Positions 62,409-64,000 of a DNA stretch of 64,000 nt are shown here, in pieces. Source of the DNA: Hypanus sabinus (lineage: Eukaryota); NCBI RefSeq assembly GCF_030144855.1, contig NC_082728.1:38812001-38876000 (forward strand). Reading direction: 5' to 3'. Made by a program: the position numbers and the translations under genes. The notes beneath the pieces were generated by a model. That model was not told the DNA's origin, did not search any database, and saw only the letters and a program-made list of their open reading frames with translations. Position 1 is the stretch's first letter. Each line of letters starts with the position of its first letter.

Positions 62409-64000
62409 TAAAGCTACTATCAGCTATTAGTGGTTTGTTTCACAGATGCATTCTAATATTGGGCTGCTGAAGGAATCCAAGAAGCATGATGTGGAGCCTG
62501 TTCCTCATCCCTAAGTCAAGGGTTCAAAGTGATCATTTTGCACCTGGCAAGAAATGGCATAGATGAGTTTGCCCATTGATTTCAATCGAGGAGAATGGCA
62601 GCAAGAACAAGATTAGTTAAACTCATTGATGTTTTGAGAACTTTCCCGGTCCTTTCTAAGTACTGAAAGAACTAATCACTTTTCATACTTTTTAAATGTT
62701 TCAAAAACATTCGGAGATTTGACAGCTTTAACTAACTGGGCCTAACATTGCCCCATCTGTGCCAGTTGTCAATTCTTCTCTCTGGCAATCTTGTTCTCCT
62801 CCAAACAAGTGATCCTCATATTTCACCAAGGATTTGGGTGCAAGACAAAGGCCTCGCTGCTGGCTGTTTGAGTCAGCTGCAGTCTACATTTTCCTAAGTG
62901 GGTGAAGTGCAATAGGAAATTCTGAAACCTCTTTGGAACTTTGCAACAAGGGAAAGCTGCTCAGATCAGACCAAATAGTCTTTGACTCTGCCTCATGGAT
63001 TCTCAGTGCAAAAATATGCCTGGAAACTGACTTCAGTTAAGATTCTAAGAAAGCTGTAGTCACCCCAGTGCACTAGAGCTGCTAAAAAAAACATTCCACT
63101 CAAGCAGGATAATGAATGCTTTAGAACACTTTCAGCAATTTGGTAGGTATTTTATAATATGTTTTTATAAGCGCACTATTTGCAATAAAACTACACTTAC
63201 CTCAACAGTGAATGAAAAGTTAATGCAGCAATATATTTCCTCTTAATACACTGAAGTTATGGAAAGCTTCTTCATGCAACTATTAACCTAGCAGTCTTTT
63301 AAAAGCACAGATGTCCCTGTCAGTATAATACTTCGACAGAGCCTTGAATCAATCTTGTTTATTCAACATCAAGACTGAATTACATTGGAAAATTGCAAGT
63401 TTAATTTTAGCATTCCAAACCTTAAATAATATTCCCGATCTTCCAGTTGAAGTTCTTGTTTTAGTGGAGAGTTCCATAGCATAACTCATATTCCTCACCT
63501 CTAGCTCGGTGTCATGTTCATAGTTTGTTAACAATTAGAACTGGAGTCAATTCACTAATTTACTCAATGAGAAACTAACCCGTAGTTTTTGTTGGCCTAT
63601 CAGATCCATCATAAGTACATTGAAGATGATATTGTTCTACGCTGCGGGGGTTAACATTTGTCGGACTACTCTGTTTCGAAGTAGAGGGGAGTCCCTTGAA
63701 CTGGAGGGAGTGGAGGTCCTGAAATATATTGAATTAGGATACGTGTAGAGCAAAACAAATGGCCTTCTGTTTATGATACCCAGCAGAAACAAGATATCTT
63801 TCTCAGTTGGTTTTTCGATAAATGCAGTTACTTGTTCAGTATTAATCAATCTCCCACTCTCCTCTTCCACCCCCACCCCAGCCTTCCAGATCTAAATGAA
63901 CATTAATCCAAACAAAACTGAAGCCAGCTTTATTCTGAATTTTTTTTGCTAATTTAAAAAAGGTGTTTAACCACAACATTCAGGGACACTTAGTTGGTGT

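Noticed and set aside
63637-63876. 79-aa minus-strand ORF as a possible exon
   Set aside because: No recognisable domain and no convincing splice signals; it cannot be supported.
1-64000. CRISPR array, tRNA/rRNA genes or prokaryote-type systems
   Set aside because: No regularly spaced repeat-spacer array or recognisable structural RNA gene was seen; the sequence is eukaryotic and repeat-rich.

Overview
Repeat-dominated, gene-poor vertebrate genomic DNA. I infer a cartilaginous fish, probably a ray, from the repeat repertoire: HER1/CR1-type LINEs, Rex1/Babar LINEs, Penelope-like elements (PLE), DeuSINE-type SINEs, and Tc1 and Harbinger DNA transposons. I recognise no host protein-coding exon, tRNA, rRNA or CRISPR array; the ORFs I can assign are decayed transposon fragments and the rest look like chance ORFs. 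The main structures are: (1) an internally deleted, retrovirus-like provirus (2158-6845) with both LTRs, PBS, PPT and a perfect 5-bp TSD, inserted in a CR1 endonuclease gene and itself carrying two younger LINE-related insertions; (2) a dispersed family of Penelope-derived elements with minimal hammerhead-ribozyme motifs, including a 102-bp-arm palindrome with one hammerhead motif per strand (44645-44857); (3) two diverged copies of a non-coding RTE-derived element whose 5' part keeps compensatory base pairing (candidate structured RNA or ribozyme); (4) a composite Tc1-type MITE, a near-complete Tc1, a Harbinger MITE and a Gypsy solo LTR; (5) several repeat-free, motif-dense islands that look like conserved non-coding enhancers. 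There is a 162-nt N gap at 15637-15798. All family names come from motif recognition by eye, not database searches.
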